The notes under the pieces are model-generated. The model was not told the origin of the DNA and searched no databases. It worked only from the letters and a program-made list of their open reading frames with translations. A DNA stretch of 64,000 bases, from the NCBI GenBank assembly GCA_965222155.1, contig CBDCTH010000012.1, positions 576,001 to 640,000 of the forward strand, given 5' to 3'. Each line of letters starts with the position of its first letter. The stretch's first letter is position 1. This document shows positions 53,055 through 64,000 of this stretch, in pieces. This stretch comes from Gammaproteobacteria bacterium (GTDB lineage: Bacteria > Pseudomonadota > Gammaproteobacteria > Eutrophobiales > Eutrophobiaceae). The position numbers were made by a program, and so were the translations under genes.

Positions 53055-54503
53055 TCACGGATTTTTGCGCTCGCTGAGTACGGTATGGAACGGAAGCAGC
53101 CGGGTTATCAGTATGGCGCCCAGCACCAGGCCGACACAAATAGCGATAATCGCAATATCATAGTTGCCGGTCACATCGAATACCAGGTCCATCAGGAACG
53201 GGGTCAGGCCCTGGGTCAGGACGATCACGCCATACATACTCCCGGATATGGCGCCATAGTGCCTGGTGCCGAAATAGCGGGACAGGAAATAGGGCAATAC
53301 ACCGTATTCCGTACCGAGACCAAGCCCCATCAACATGCCTGATAACAGCAACAACGGATAACTGGACGTTGATTCCAACAGGATGAGACCGGCCAGCGCC
53401 AGCAGGTAAAACGGCGCGGCGATCCACGGCCTCGGTATGCGATCAAGCATATAACCCATGCCGATCTGCCACCCGGCGGTGACCAGGGAAAACGTCGCCA
53501 GTACGGTGGTTGCCTGCCCGGCCGGCACGCCCCGGTCCAGCAACATCGGCACCACGTGGGCGAAAATCGCGGTCATACACCCGGCGCCCAGAGCTATTGC
53601 GGCCAGGATGATCCAGAAAGTATGGGTCTTCAAGGCTTCCGTCAGGGTGAACCCGGATATCACACCGGCGGGTGTGATGGACGCGCCGGATTTTTGGCTC
53701 TGGCGGGCGCCTGCGACCGATAGCATAGCCGTAGCTCTGGTTGAGGGAGCACGTGTCCGCCAGAGCCAAAAAGACCAGCGAGGGCGCATCCGCCGGTGTG
53801 ATATCCGGGTTTGTCCCGCCGTCTTTTCAAGGTGTTCCGTTGCGCTTCGGGAAATGCCTCGCGGTGGGTCCCTGAGCAACAGGTACAACACCGGAAAACC
53901 GATCAGGATAATGGCCGCGCCGATACCCTGGAATCCGGCCCGCCAGCCATAGCTGCTGATCAACGCATAGACGAACAGCGGCGACAGGGCCGCGCCGATG
54001 CCGTTGCCCAGCCCGCCCGCAATACCCAGGAACAGGCCGCGTCGCTGATCAAACCAGCCCGCGATCACCTTGGTAAACATCACGGAACTGGGAATGGCGG
54101 CGGTAATACCGATTAAAGCATAGGCTGAATAAAACTGAATACGGCTGGCTTCGGCCAGGGAGACCGAAGCAACGGATGCGGCGAATAACACGTTACCCGT
54201 CAGGATTACCGGCCTGGCGCCGTAACGGTCAATCAGCCGGCCGACGATGGGATAGCCTATCGCTCCCGCGATTGCGATGATAAGCAGGACAAAAGACACG
54301 CCGGCGCGGGGCCAACCGAATTCAGTCGCAATGGGGATCAAAAACAGACCGAAGACCGTATACACCATGGGCGTCACGCTGACCCCGTTACCTACGGTAC
54401 AGGCAACGACCACACCCGCCGGGCGGGTGAACAGCGGGATGTTTAATAATTTCGACATCGTCATATCAATCGATAAGTAGAATGGCGTCTGGATAAGCAT
54501 CAT
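53055..54503 (-). CDS. MFS transporter carrying an in-frame 54-codon insertion
   Basis: GRLIDRYGAR motif A; multiple TM segments. Confidence 0.9.
   Translation of the reverse strand: MMLIQTPFYLSIDMTMSKLLNIPLFTRPAGVVVACTVGNGVSVTPMVYTVFGLFLIPIATEFGWPRAGVSFVLLIIAIAGAIGYPIVGRLIDRYGARPVILTGNVLFAASVASVSLAEASRIQFYSAYALIGITAAIPSSVMFTKVIAGWFDQRRGLFLGIAGGLGNGIGAALSPLFVYALISSYGWRAGFQGIGAAIILIGFPVLYLLLRDPPRGISRSATEHLEKTAGQTRISHRRMRPRWSFWLWRTRAPSTRATAMLSVAGARQSQKSGASITPAGVISGFTLTEALKTHTFWIILAAIALGAGCMTAIFAHVVPMLLDRGVPAGQATTVLATFSLVTAGWQIGMGYMLDRIPRPWIAAPFYLLALAGLILLESTSSYPLLLLSGMLMGLGLGTEYGVLPYFLSRYFGTRHYGAISGSMYGVIVLTQGLTPFLMDLVFDVTGNYDIAIIAICVGLVLGAILITRLLPFHTVLSERKNP
53650..53811. mobile_element. 162-bp palindromic MITE inserted in frame in the MFS gene
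   Basis: 22-bp perfect TIR AACCCGGATATCACACCGGCGG; inner stem TTTTTGGCTCTGGCGG/CCGCCAGAGCCAAAAA. Confidence 0.88.
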
Positions 54504-54916
54504 GCCCCAGTTAGCAATTACTTTCCAGGTTCAGCAGGTGCTCCCGCTAAAACGAGGTCAATACAGTTTAAGACAAGGGGGACAGGAAGATAGGGGGGGA
54601 CAGATTTAAATCTGTCCCCTGAGAGTCTGACCATGTTTCCCTGGGAGGGAGGGCGTCTCGCCCTCCACGAGGGCAGGATGCCCTCGACCCCGGGAGTTAG
54701 CGGGAACTGCTGCAGGTTCAGCCTGTTAGCGGGAGTTACCGGCTGAAAGCATGTGCAGGGTAGTTGCAAAGTCTCTGGGCGCATCAGTGCAAGACAGCTT
54801 AAATATTTGGGGTCAGAGTAAAAATACTCAACAATAAACCAGCGCTATCTACGTTGTGGCTGTATTTTTACTCTGACCCCCAAAATTTTTTATCATCATG
54901 CAGTCTTATACAGGTA

Positions 54917-55948
54917 ATGAAAGTAGCTATCTTCTACGATAATCCGGCCCTGCGTGACTACTGGTATGCCGTGGCAACGGAACAGGAAATCAACGGGCAG
55001 CCCGTTGCCCGGACCCTGCTCGGCGAGAACATCGTCATCTACCGGGATCCCACCGGTAACGTTGTCGCGGCACCTGACAGGTGCCCGCATCGCCAGGCGC
55101 CCCTTTCTGCAGGGAGTGTGGAAAAGGGGGTGCTGGCTTGCTGTTATCACGGCTGGTCATTCGGCAGCGGGGGAAAGTGTGTCTCCGTCCCGTCTGTTGC
55201 GCCTGACTTTCCGATCCCGGACAATGCCCACCTGGCCTGTTTCAATACCAGCATCAAATACGGCCTGGTCTGGGTCTGCCCGGGCGACTCTCCAAAGGAG
55301 TTGCCGGCCATCATCCAGGAACAGGACGAGTCTTTCCGGCGCATCAACAACCCGGTTGACCTGTGGCGGGTCTGCGCCATGCGCATGACGGACAACTTTC
55401 TCGACATCGCGCACTTCCCCTGGGTCCACACCGGCACCTTCGGCAACAACCAACGGCGTTCCGTCCCGGAGATTGAGTTGGAAATGCTGGAAGGTGGTTA
55501 CTATGGCTATGAATATAAGGTCGTAGCGGACAACCCGCCCAACGCCAACCTCAGCTCAGGCCGTAGCAGCGAGGTGGTCAGCCGGCAGATGAGCACCGGT
55601 TTTCACCTGCCGTTTACCGTGCGCAGCACCATCTCCTATGACTCGGGGTTGCATCACATCATGCTGCTGTTGACCACGCCGATTGACGACGTCACGTCTT
55701 ATTTTACTTTCGTCGTATGGCGTAACGACGATTTCAGCGTATCCGCAGAAGACGTCATTACATTCGACCGCATGATAGGCGAAGAGGATAAACAGATGCT
55801 TGAGAAAATCCCCGGCGTCCTGCCTTTTTCACCCCTGGCGCTGGCCAATTCCCAGTCGGACAAACCCTCTGCCGCATGGCGTCACCAGTTCACTCGTATG
55901 TTGGGAGTGCCTGTCGAAAAACGCCAGGGCCCGCACAACACATCATAA
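54917..55948 (+). CDS. Rieske monooxygenase (VanA-like O-/N-demethylase group)
   Basis: DRCPHR..CCYHGW; DNFLDIAHFPWVH. Confidence 0.9.
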   Translation: MKVAIFYDNPALRDYWYAVATEQEINGQPVARTLLGENIVIYRDPTGNVVAAPDRCPHRQAPLSAGSVEKGVLACCYHGWSFGSGGKCVSVPSVAPDFPIPDNAHLACFNTSIKYGLVWVCPGDSPKELPAIIQEQDESFRRINNPVDLWRVCAMRMTDNFLDIAHFPWVHTGTFGNNQRRSVPEIELEMLEGGYYGYEYKVVADNPPNANLSSGRSSEVVSRQMSTGFHLPFTVRSTISYDSGLHHIMLLLTTPIDDVTSYFTFVVWRNDDFSVSAEDVITFDRMIGEEDKQMLEKIPGVLPFSPLALANSQSDKPSAAWRHQFTRMLGVPVEKRQGPHNTS

Positions 55949-56261
55949 CCAGCCTCAGGATTTCACTATTTCAGTACCAAGCTCAGGGCAACCGCATACT
56001 TTTGGATTCTGTTGCAGAAGACAGGAAACCAACCGGAAAACACCGCCCGTCATGCTGGCGAATGCCAGCATCCAGTCAAACAACAGCGCAGGCTCAGGGT
56101 AATGAAGGGTTATTCACTGGATTCTGGCCTGCGCCAGAATGACGGAATCGGGCAAAAACATCTGAATTCAAAAGTATGCGTTTGCCCTGGTACCAAGCTA
56201 AAATACAAGTTGAAAATATGGCACCAAGAGCTATATTTATGCTGAATAACAAGGAACGTCG

Positions 56262-56636
56262 ATGCGTGTATTTAAAATCAGGTAGTTCAGTAAATGGGCC
56301 GCGAAGGAGAGAGTAACGGACAATGTTCTGCGGCACGTGGTTGCTGAAATGGAGCGTAGTCTGGTGGGAGTAAATCTTGGCGGTCAGATCTTTAAAAAAC
56401 GCGTGGCATTGAGTGGTCGGGGCAAAAGCAGTGGGGCGCGTACCCTCGTGGCTTACCGGATAGGAAGCACAGCCTTCTTTATTTACGGTTTTGCCAGGAA
56501 CGTAAAGGACAACATCAGGGCTGATGAACTGAAAGCTCTGAAAGCCTCTGCTGATATATTGTTGGGTTACAACAACGAAGAATTGAGTCGGGCGATAAAA
56601 GCGGGTGAATTAATCAAGGTTATAAGCGATGAATAA
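56262..56636 (+). pseudogene. RelE/ParE-family toxin with in-frame TAG at codon 8
   Basis: MRVFKIR*FSKWA...LGGQIFKKRVA..GRGKSSGART..FIYGFARN. Confidence 0.8.
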
Positions 56637-56811
56637 TAAATCCATCCTGGAAGTTGTGCATGAGAGCGCCAAAGGTCTGTACGAAATCGGGCTGATAGAT
56701 GAACAAAAGATGCGCGAGTTTGACGCCTTGTGCCTGCCGCAGAAAACGGTGTCTGATGTCAAGGAGGTTAAGCGCCTCCGGCCGCAAAGCAAAACCAGTC
56801 AGCCGGTGTGA
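56629..56811 (+). pseudogene. Truncated HTH antitoxin
   Basis: SILEVVHESAKGL..G.ID..MREFDALCL..EVKRLR..SQPV; HTH cut where the convergent gene ends. Confidence 0.75.
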
Positions 56812-58178
56812 ACATCCGGGATGCCGGAACGTTTGATGATTGCCTCCCCTGCGGCTTGCGCGGCTGCGTAGAGTTCGTCTTCGTCAATCAGGGTGTGCCG
56901 GTAGTTTTCCACCACTCGCACCCCGTCCACCCAGACGCTGTGCACGCTCCTGCCGTCCGCGCACCAGACCAGTTGTTGCAGGACGTTCAGCAAGGGACGC
57001 CACTCCGGTCTATCCGTGTCGTGCAGGACGAAGTCCGCCTTCTTGCCTGCTGCAATCGAGCCGATCTCATCCTGTAGTCGCAGTGCCCTGGCACCGTTTT
57101 GCGTGGCCATGTCGAGCGCCTGACCGGCGGGAAAGATTTTGTTGTCTTGGCGGGCATCCTTGAACAGCGCCGCGGCCAGGGCCATTTTCTGCATCAGGTC
57201 GGAACCGTAACCGTCGGTTCCCAGCGAGATATTCATGCCTGCCTGCGCCATTTCAGGGGCACGGCCCAGCGCGCTGATACCGAAGGCGCCCTTCAGCGCA
57301 GCAAACGGACAGATAATGGCGTTGGTCCGTGTTTCGGCCAGCAATGTCTCCTCGTTGTCGTCAATATGAACCAGGTGAGTCAGGCACAGGTTATTGCCAA
57401 GCACGCCTATTTCCGCCAGGTGTTCAACGGGCCGCCGTCCCAGATTTTCGAGGTACCAGGCCGGGTCTGTCCGGTAAGGACTCATATGCGCTGACACACC
57501 GAGGTTATTTGCATCGGCAATGGACTTCGCAGCCTTCCACACTTCATCGGAATTGGTTGAATGCCCGATCAAAATGGGCCAGGCTGCTATTTTTTGACCG
57601 GAGTTCGCGGGGAAACGCACCACCTCTTCCTCCAGCAGGCGAACAGCCTTTTCGGTCAATTCCGCTTCATTGTCATCCGGGCCGAATGCGCGCCCTTGGA
57701 CCCAGGCTCCGACACGGGCGCGTATCCCGGCCTGGTCCAGACCCTCAACCACCTCATCCAGGTAGCGGATCGTTCCGGCCTCAAGAAAACAGGTAGTCCC
57801 CGCGCGCAGCATCTCGACGGCTGCGAGCCGGGCCGAGAGCCGTTCGTCAGCAGGCGTATGGGCCAGGTAACGGGGGATCACCCAGCGCCGTAGGGTGTCG
57901 CCAAAACCATCGCTGATGTCGTCTGGTACATAGCCCCGGGTCAACGGGTCGCCGGTGATGTGGATATGTGCATCGATAAACCCGGGCGTGATGACGAAGC
58001 GCCTGCCATCGATCACACTGGTTGCATTAACTTTGTTCTCAAGCTCGGACCGTTTGCCGACCGCGGCGATCCGGTCGCCCCGGATCGCAACAGCGCCATC
58101 CTTGATAATCCGCCGCGCCTCATCCTGGGTGACGATGAGCGCGCCCTTAATAAGCGTATCGACGTGTTCCACAGTCAT
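56799..58178 (-). CDS. Amidohydrolase (deaminase/chlorohydrolase group)
   Basis: PGFIDAHIH, SLGTDG, GSIAAGKKAD. Confidence 0.92.
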   Translation of the reverse strand: MTVEHVDTLIKGALIVTQDEARRIIKDGAVAIRGDRIAAVGKRSELENKVNATSVIDGRRFVITPGFIDAHIHITGDPLTRGYVPDDISDGFGDTLRRWVIPRYLAHTPADERLSARLAAVEMLRAGTTCFLEAGTIRYLDEVVEGLDQAGIRARVGAWVQGRAFGPDDNEAELTEKAVRLLEEEVVRFPANSGQKIAAWPILIGHSTNSDEVWKAAKSIADANNLGVSAHMSPYRTDPAWYLENLGRRPVEHLAEIGVLGNNLCLTHLVHIDDNEETLLAETRTNAIICPFAALKGAFGISALGRAPEMAQAGMNISLGTDGYGSDLMQKMALAAALFKDARQDNKIFPAGQALDMATQNGARALRLQDEIGSIAAGKKADFVLHDTDRPEWRPLLNVLQQLVWCADGRSVHSVWVDGVRVVENYRHTLIDEDELYAAAQAAGEAIIKRSGIPDVHTG

Positions 58179-59134
58179 ACAATCCTGTCCTCAACCTGCC
58201 GCCGCCGGTATTCCCGGGGAGACATGCCGTATTCTTTTCGAAATGCCCGGCTGAAATGCGCGGACCCGTTAAAACCCCAGCGGAAACAGATTTCTGAAAT
58301 CGACAAATTGGCATGCAGGGTACTGGCCAGGTCCGCCCGGCAGCGTTCGAGCCGGCGCGTACGCAGGTAGTGGACGAAACTGTTTCCCGCTTCAGTGAAC
58401 AGGCGCTGCATATAGCGGGTGGACACTCCCTCTGCCTGTGCGACCATGCCGATTGTCAGGTCCGGTTCGCTCAGGACGGTTTCTATCCTCTGGCAGATCC
58501 GCTGCAGGTGATAGGCCCTGGCGCCGGAAACCCCACCGAGACTGAATACCGACTTCTCATCACCCAGACCCGTGATAAGAAATTCTGTGAGTGCCGTTTC
58601 CACCGGGCGCAGTTGCTCAGGGGAAACCTCTTCGATCACTTCAGCTAAAGATTGCAGCATCCCGGAGAAGACGTGATTGATCCCGGACCGCGCCGGCAGG
58701 TGGCCGAGCTTCAAAGACAGGGGCGCAAACACCCTCGGGCTGAGTATCAGGCGTTGCGCTTTGACGAACAGTTGACGAAAATCCAGGGTAAAACGCAGGA
58801 CAGCCTCTACATAAGTGGGTCCGTAGACGATATCGCCCGGGACGAGGTCCAAGCGCTGATTGTCATAACTGAGTGACGCCTCACCTTCAAGCAGCAGGGT
58901 TAACCAGATCGCCGCGTCCTGCTTGAGATAGCGGCCGGAGATTTCATGGGGTTGGGCGTCAAGCAGGGCAAATTCCATTCCCAGGGGCGAGGTGATGCAG
59001 AAAATCTCACCGCGAAAACCCGCTGTTTCCGGCAGTTCACCGACCGGCAGACATAAGCGGTGCATGGCGTCGCACCACGCCCGGCCCTGCTCTTGCTCCG
59101 AAAACGCTGCGGTCGTGAATTTCCAGGACTTCAT
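58175..59134 (-). CDS. AraC-family regulator (FeaR-like)
   Basis: C-terminal ISEICFRWGFNGSAHFSRAFRKEYGMSPREYR. Confidence 0.92.
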   Translation of the reverse strand: MKSWKFTTAAFSEQEQGRAWCDAMHRLCLPVGELPETAGFRGEIFCITSPLGMEFALLDAQPHEISGRYLKQDAAIWLTLLLEGEASLSYDNQRLDLVPGDIVYGPTYVEAVLRFTLDFRQLFVKAQRLILSPRVFAPLSLKLGHLPARSGINHVFSGMLQSLAEVIEEVSPEQLRPVETALTEFLITGLGDEKSVFSLGGVSGARAYHLQRICQRIETVLSEPDLTIGMVAQAEGVSTRYMQRLFTEAGNSFVHYLRTRRLERCRADLASTLHANLSISEICFRWGFNGSAHFSRAFRKEYGMSPREYRRRQVEDRIV

Positions 59135-59412
59135 AAATGTCTGTTATCAATGCCGAAACGGTAAATATAATCATGCGCCGACAATTTGTCCAAGAGATAG
59201 TTTGAAAGATCTGTCCCGGACGCGCTTGGTACCACCCCTGTTCCCTACGTGACATACGCCCGTGAATGGGTTACACTGGCGCTTCTTTTTGTTAGTATAA
59301 GAAAAAAGTACGCGCGTCGTTTTAACAGGATGCAGGGGCGCGCATGAATCGCTATCCGCCGGATGTGGCCGTAGTTTCAGGTGCCGGGCCGGTCGGCAGA
59401 AGACGGGATGTG

Positions 59413-62400
59413 ATGCAAAATTCAAAGAACAAAAACTGGCAGGGACCACCTGCCCAAGGGCTTTATGACCCTGCCATGGAACATGATTCCTGCGGCGTGG
59501 GTTTCGTGGTGGACATCAAAGGGCGCAAGTCCCACAAGATAGTCGAAAATGCCCTGACCATACTGAAAAACCTGCTGCATCGCGGCGCCTGTGGCTGTGA
59601 GGAAAATACGGGTGACGGCGTCGGTCTGCTGATTCAAAAGCCCCATAAGTTTTTTCTGCGCGAATGTAAAAAGTCAGGTTTCACCTTGCCCGCTGCAGAA
59701 AATTATGGCGCCGGGCTGGTATTCCTGCCGCGGGATCCTGCCCAGTCTGAGGAGTGCAGGCAGGTCTTTGAACGTATCATTGCTGAAGAAGGCCAGACCG
59801 TGCTGGGCTGGCGCGACGTACCTACCGATGATTCCCTGCTGGGTCCTACTGCCCTGGAGGGCGAGCCGACCTTCAGGCAGATATTCATCGGGCGCGCTGA
59901 ATCCGTCCCCGACGCGGCGGCCTTTGAAAGAAAACTGTACGTGATACGCAAGCGGGTGGAACATGCCATCTGGAATTCGGAGTTGGAGCAGCAGGACCTG
60001 TTCTATATCCCGTCCCTGTCCCATCGCACCTTCGTCTACAAAGGCATGTTGACCGGTTCCCAGTTTGAGCCCATGTTTCCGGACATCACCGACCCGGACA
60101 TCGAATCCGCCCTGGCCCTGGTGCACCAGCGCTTTTCCACCAATACCTTTCCATCCTGGCGTCTGGCCCACCCGTTCCGCTACCTGTGCCACAACGGTGA
60201 GATCAATACCGTGCGCGGCAACACCAACTGGATGCACGCCCGGGAGGCGCTGTGTGATTCAGGATTGTTCGGATCGGACCTGGAGAAAATTTTTCCGGTC
60301 GTCATCGAAGGCGGCAGCGACTCCGCCGTGTTCGACAACGTCATGGAATTTCTGCACATGACCGGGCGGCCCCTGGCCCATGCCATGCTGATGATGATCC
60401 CGGAGGCCTGGAGCGGCCATGAGACCATGGACGAGGAGCGCAAGGCATTTTACGAATATCACGCCTGTTTGATGGAGCCCTGGGACGGGCCGGCTTCCAT
60501 CGCGTTTACCGACGGTGAGGTCATCGGCGCGGTACTGGACCGGAACGGCCTGCGTCCGTCCCGCTATTATGTCACCCATGACGACATGGTGATCATGGCC
60601 TCCGAGGTGGGGGTGCTGGACGTTGCACCGGAAAATGTCAAGCTCAAGGAACGGCTCCATCCCGGACGTATCTTCCTGGTGGATACCCGGGAGGGCCGTA
60701 TCATTGACGATAGTGAGTTAAAGCAGCGCTATATCGATGAGCAACCTTATGGACAGTGGCTGAAGGAAAACCTGATCCCCCTGGAAAACCTGCCCAACCC
60801 GAAAAACATCCACGGCACCGACCCCGATACCCTGTTGCAACGCCAGCAGGTGTTCGGTTATACCCATGAAGAATTACGCGTCCTGGTTGCGCCCATGGCG
60901 AGCAAGGGGGAAGAGCCCATCGGTTCGATGGGAACGGATGCAGCCCTGGCCGTGCTGTCAAACCGGCCGCGCCTGTTATATGATTATTTCAAGCAGTTAT
61001 TCGCTCAGGTCACCAATCCGCCCCTGGATGGTATCCGCGAGGAACTGGTCACCCAGGTCTCCGCGACCATAGGGCCGGAAGCCAACCTGCTGAACCCGGG
61101 TCCTGAGAGTTGCAAGCGCATTCGCATCCCCTCACCTGTGCTGACCAATGCCGAACTGGCCCGAATCCGCGATATGAATCTGCCCGGGTTCAGGACCAGA
61201 ACCATCCCCATCCTGTACCCGGTCGCCGCGGGCGGGCAGGGGTTGGACCAGGCCCTGAGGGAGGTTTGCCATCAGGTAGACCAGGCCATTGAAGAGGGCT
61301 ACAGCTATATTATCCTGTCGGATCGGGGCGTTGATGCTGAACTGGCGCCCATCCCGGCGCTACTGGCCGGCGCCGGTGTTCACCACCACCTGGTCCGTAA
61401 CGGCAACCGTACCCGGGTGGGTTTGGTGCTGGAATCAGGCGAACCCCGGGAAGTCCATCATTTCGCGGTCCTGGTCGGTTACGGGATCGAAGCGATCAAC
61501 CCCTACCTGGTCTTCGAGAGTATCGGCGGCCTGATTGGCGAGGGCTTTGTGCCGGAGATGCAGTTCGACAAGGCGGTGGCCCTGTTCATCAAAGCCGTCA
61601 ACAAGGGGCTGGTCAAGACCATGTCCAAGATGGGCATCTCCACGGTGCAGTCTTACCGCGGCGCCCAGATTTTCGAGGCCATCGGCTTGGACAAGGATTT
61701 TGTGGATCATTATTTTACCTGGACCGCATCGCGCATCGGCGGGATAGGGCTGGACGTGGTCGCCGTAGAAAACAGTCTGCGCCACCACAACGGGTTTCCG
61801 GCCAGGCTGGTCAAACAGCCGGACCTGGAATGGGGCGGTGAATACCAATGGCGCCGGGACGGTGAATACCACCTGTTCAACCCGGAAACCGTGTTCAAAT
61901 TACAGCATTCCACGCGTACCGGGCAATACGGCATCTTCAGGGAATACACCAGGCGGGTTGATGATCAAAGCCACAACATGGCCACCCTGCGGGGATTGAT
62001 GCAGTTCAAGCCGACAGCCGAGTCCATACCTCTTGAGGAAGTGGAACCCGCAGAGAACATCATGAAACGCTTCTCCACCGGCGCCATGTCCTACGGTTCC
62101 ATCAGCAAGGAAGCCCACGAGACGCTGGCTATCGCCATGAACCGTATCGGCGGCAAGTCCAATACCGGCGAGGGAGGTGAAGACTCCGCTCGTTACACGC
62201 CGGACGAGAATGGCGACTTTCGGCGTAGCGCCATTAAGCAGGTGGCCTCCGGCCGCTTCGGCGTGACCAGTGAATACCTGGTGAATGCCGATGACCTGCA
62301 GATCAAGATGGCGCAGGGGGCAAAACCGGGCGAAGGTGGGCAATTGCCGGGACCCAAGGTCTACCCGTGGATCGCCGAGGTTCGGCATTCCACCCCCTGG

Positions 62401-63993
62401 GTAGGCTTGATCTCGCCGCCGCCGCACCATGACATCTATTCTATCGAAGACCTGGCCCAACTGATCCACGATCTCAAGAATTCCAACCCGGAAGCGCGCG
62501 TACACGTGAAACTGGTGGCGGAAGTGGGCGTGGGTACGGTCGCCGCGGGGGTATCCAAAGCCCATTCCGACGTGGTCCTGATCTCGGGCTATGACGGCGG
62601 CACTGGCGCCTCCCCCGTCAGTTCCCTGAAACATGCCGGGTTGCCCTGGGAGCTGGGTCTGGCCGAGACGCAACAGGTGCTGGTGCAGAACAAGCTGCGC
62701 GACCGTATCGTGGTGCAGACGGATGGCCAGTTGAAAACCGGGCGCGACGTGGTTATCGCGGCGTTGCTGGGCGCGGAGGAATTCGGTTTCTCCACGGCCC
62801 CCCTGGTCGTCAGTGGTTGCATCATGATGCGCGTATGCCACCTGAATACCTGTCCCGTAGGGGTGGCGACACAGGACAAGCGCCTGCGTGAGAAATTCAC
62901 CGGCAAGCCCGAGTTCGTCGAAAACTTTTTCCGGTTTATCGCCGAGGAAATGCGGGAGATGATGGCGCAACTGGGTTTCAGGACAGTGGAACAGATGGTG
63001 GGCCGCAGTGACTGCCTGGATATGAACAAAGCGGTGGATCACTGGAAGGCAAATGGCCTGGACTTCTCCAATATCCTGTATAAACCGGAAATGGGTCCCG
63101 AGGTGGGTCTGTTTCAGTCGCGGGAGCAGGACCACGGCCTGGAACGGTCGCTGGACGTGACCACGCTGGTCCCATTGTGTAAACATACGCTGGAAACGCA
63201 GGAGCCGGTAGATATCATCCTGCCCATCAGGAATACGAATCGCACCACGGGCACTATCCTGGGTTACGAGATCACCAAACGCTATGGCGCCGCGGGTTTG
63301 CCCGCAGATACGATACGGGTACATTTCAACGGCTCTGCCGGAATGAGTTTCGGCGCTTTTGTCCCGAACGGCGTTACTCTCACCCTTGAAGGGGATGCCA
63401 ACGACTACCTGGGCAAAGGTTTGTCCGGTGGCAAGGTCATCGTCTACCCGCCGCGGGCCTCGACGTTCGTGCCGGAACAAAACATCCTTATCGGCAATGT
63501 CGCCCTGTATGGCGCAACCTCCGGTGAAGGCTATTTCAGGGGTATTGCCGGTGAACGTTTCTGTGTCAGGAACAGCGGCGTCCATGCGGTGGTGGAAGGT
63601 GTGGGTGACCACGGCTGTGAATACATGACCGGCGGCCGGGTGGTTATTATCGGCAAGACCGGCCGGAACTTTGCCGCGGGCATGTCCGGCGGTATCGCCT
63701 ACGTGCTGAATGAGGATAACGATTTTCACATTCGCTGTAACCGCCAGATGGTGCACCTGGAGGACGTAGAGGAGAAAGAAGACGTTGAAATGATCAAACG
63801 CCTGCTGACCCGGCACGTCCAGTATACCCAGAGCAGCGTGGGGCGGCGTATCCTGCAGAACTGGCGGGCTTACCAGAGTCGCTTTGTCAAGGTCATGCCC
63901 AGGGATTACAAGATCGTGCTGGAAGCCATCAGGAAAGGCCGGGAAAAAGGCTTGTCGATCGAGGCGGCCATCATGGAGGCGGCGCATGGGTAA
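59413..63993 (+). CDS. gltB: Glutamate synthase large subunit
   Basis: [55 protein letters not shown]. Confidence 0.98.
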   Translation: MQNSKNKNWQGPPAQGLYDPAMEHDSCGVGFVVDIKGRKSHKIVENALTILKNLLHRGACGCEENTGDGVGLLIQKPHKFFLRECKKSGFTLPAAENYGAGLVFLPRDPAQSEECRQVFERIIAEEGQTVLGWRDVPTDDSLLGPTALEGEPTFRQIFIGRAESVPDAAAFERKLYVIRKRVEHAIWNSELEQQDLFYIPSLSHRTFVYKGMLTGSQFEPMFPDITDPDIESALALVHQRFSTNTFPSWRLAHPFRYLCHNGEINTVRGNTNWMHAREALCDSGLFGSDLEKIFPVVIEGGSDSAVFDNVMEFLHMTGRPLAHAMLMMIPEAWSGHETMDEERKAFYEYHACLMEPWDGPASIAFTDGEVIGAVLDRNGLRPSRYYVTHDDMVIMASEVGVLDVAPENVKLKERLHPGRIFLVDTREGRIIDDSELKQRYIDEQPYGQWLKENLIPLENLPNPKNIHGTDPDTLLQRQQVFGYTHEELRVLVAPMASKGEEPIGSMGTDAALAVLSNRPRLLYDYFKQLFAQVTNPPLDGIREELVTQVSATIGPEANLLNPGPESCKRIRIPSPVLTNAELARIRDMNLPGFRTRTIPILYPVAAGGQGLDQALREVCHQVDQAIEEGYSYIILSDRGVDAELAPIPALLAGAGVHHHLVRNGNRTRVGLVLESGEPREVHHFAVLVGYGIEAINPYLVFESIGGLIGEGFVPEMQFDKAVALFIKAVNKGLVKTMSKMGISTVQSYRGAQIFEAIGLDKDFVDHYFTWTASRIGGIGLDVVAVENSLRHHNGFPARLVKQPDLEWGGEYQWRRDGEYHLFNPETVFKLQHSTRTGQYGIFREYTRRVDDQSHNMATLRGLMQFKPTAESIPLEEVEPAENIMKRFSTGAMSYGSISKEAHETLAIAMNRIGGKSNTGEGGEDSARYTPDENGDFRRSAIKQVASGRFGVTSEYLVNADDLQIKMAQGAKPGEGGQLPGPKVYPWIAEVRHSTPWVGLISPPPHHDIYSIEDLAQLIHDLKNSNPEARVHVKLVAEVGVGTVAAGVSKAHSDVVLISGYDGGTGASPVSSLKHAGLPWELGLAETQQVLVQNKLRDRIVVQTDGQLKTGRDVVIAALLGAEEFGFSTAPLVVSGCIMMRVCHLNTCPVGVATQDKRLREKFTGKPEFVENFFRFIAEEMREMMAQLGFRTVEQMVGRSDCLDMNKAVDHWKANGLDFSNILYKPEMGPEVGLFQSREQDHGLERSLDVTTLVPLCKHTLETQEPVDIILPIRNTNRTTGTILGYEITKRYGAAGLPADTIRVHFNGSAGMSFGAFVPNGVTLTLEGDANDYLGKGLSGGKVIVYPPRASTFVPEQNILIGNVALYGATSGEGYFRGIAGERFCVRNSGVHAVVEGVGDHGCEYMTGGRVVIIGKTGRNFAAGMSGGIAYVLNEDNDFHIRCNRQMVHLEDVEEKEDVEMIKRLLTRHVQYTQSSVGRRILQNWRAYQSRFVKVMPRDYKIVLEAIRKGREKGLSIEAAIMEAAHG

Positions 63994-64000
63994 GATTACC
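63986..64000 (+). CDS. gltD: Glutamate synthase small subunit, first codons only
   Basis: MGKIT overlapping the gltB stop. Confidence 0.7.

Noticed and set aside
56262-56300. TAG readthrough or recoding suggested by several in-frame TAGs
   Set aside because: Other TAG-bearing genes also have frameshifts, and TAG ends intact genes such as selB and ubiD; simple mutation explains it
61900-63987. Long antisense ORFs (also 15603-16910, 41111-42400, 42822-44003)
   Set aside because: Shadow frames of GC-rich genes on the opposite strand

Overview
Window from a gammaproteobacterium-like genome with many pseudogenes and repeat elements. 1-10.4 kb is the distal part of a type III-style CRISPR-Cas locus: two CARF/HEPN ancillary nucleases, an intervening HigBA-type toxin-antitoxin cassette bracketed by inverted repeats, an unusual cas2-cas1-(degenerate cas1)-cas2 adaptation module, and a 53-repeat array cut off by an IS200/IS605 remnant. 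10.8-23.4 kb holds a degraded HicAB-like pair, an IS5-type MITE, a TonB-receptor pseudogene, an NAD-linked formate dehydrogenase, methanethiol oxidase (mtoX) with a SCO-MauG fusion, and a DUF1638 gene. 23.5-32.2 kb is an accessory island downstream of tRNA-Sec: an AT-rich ATPase with a possible HEPN tail, nested IS remnants, an ORF-less group II intron whose two exons come from different IS families, three miniature elements derived from a Y1/RAYT transposase, and a type II R-M pair. selC and selB follow, then a small putative defence cluster (nuclease-nitrilase fusion, ThsB-like TIR, DUF3800 pseudogene with downstream structured RNA). A large catabolic region for an unknown aromatic or N-heterocyclic substrate comes next (Rieske oxygenases, hydantoinase A/B, UbiD, amidohydrolase, TonB receptor, MFS with an in-frame palindromic insertion), and the window ends with gltB and the start of gltD. 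All calls come from motif recognition by eye; no database searches were run.
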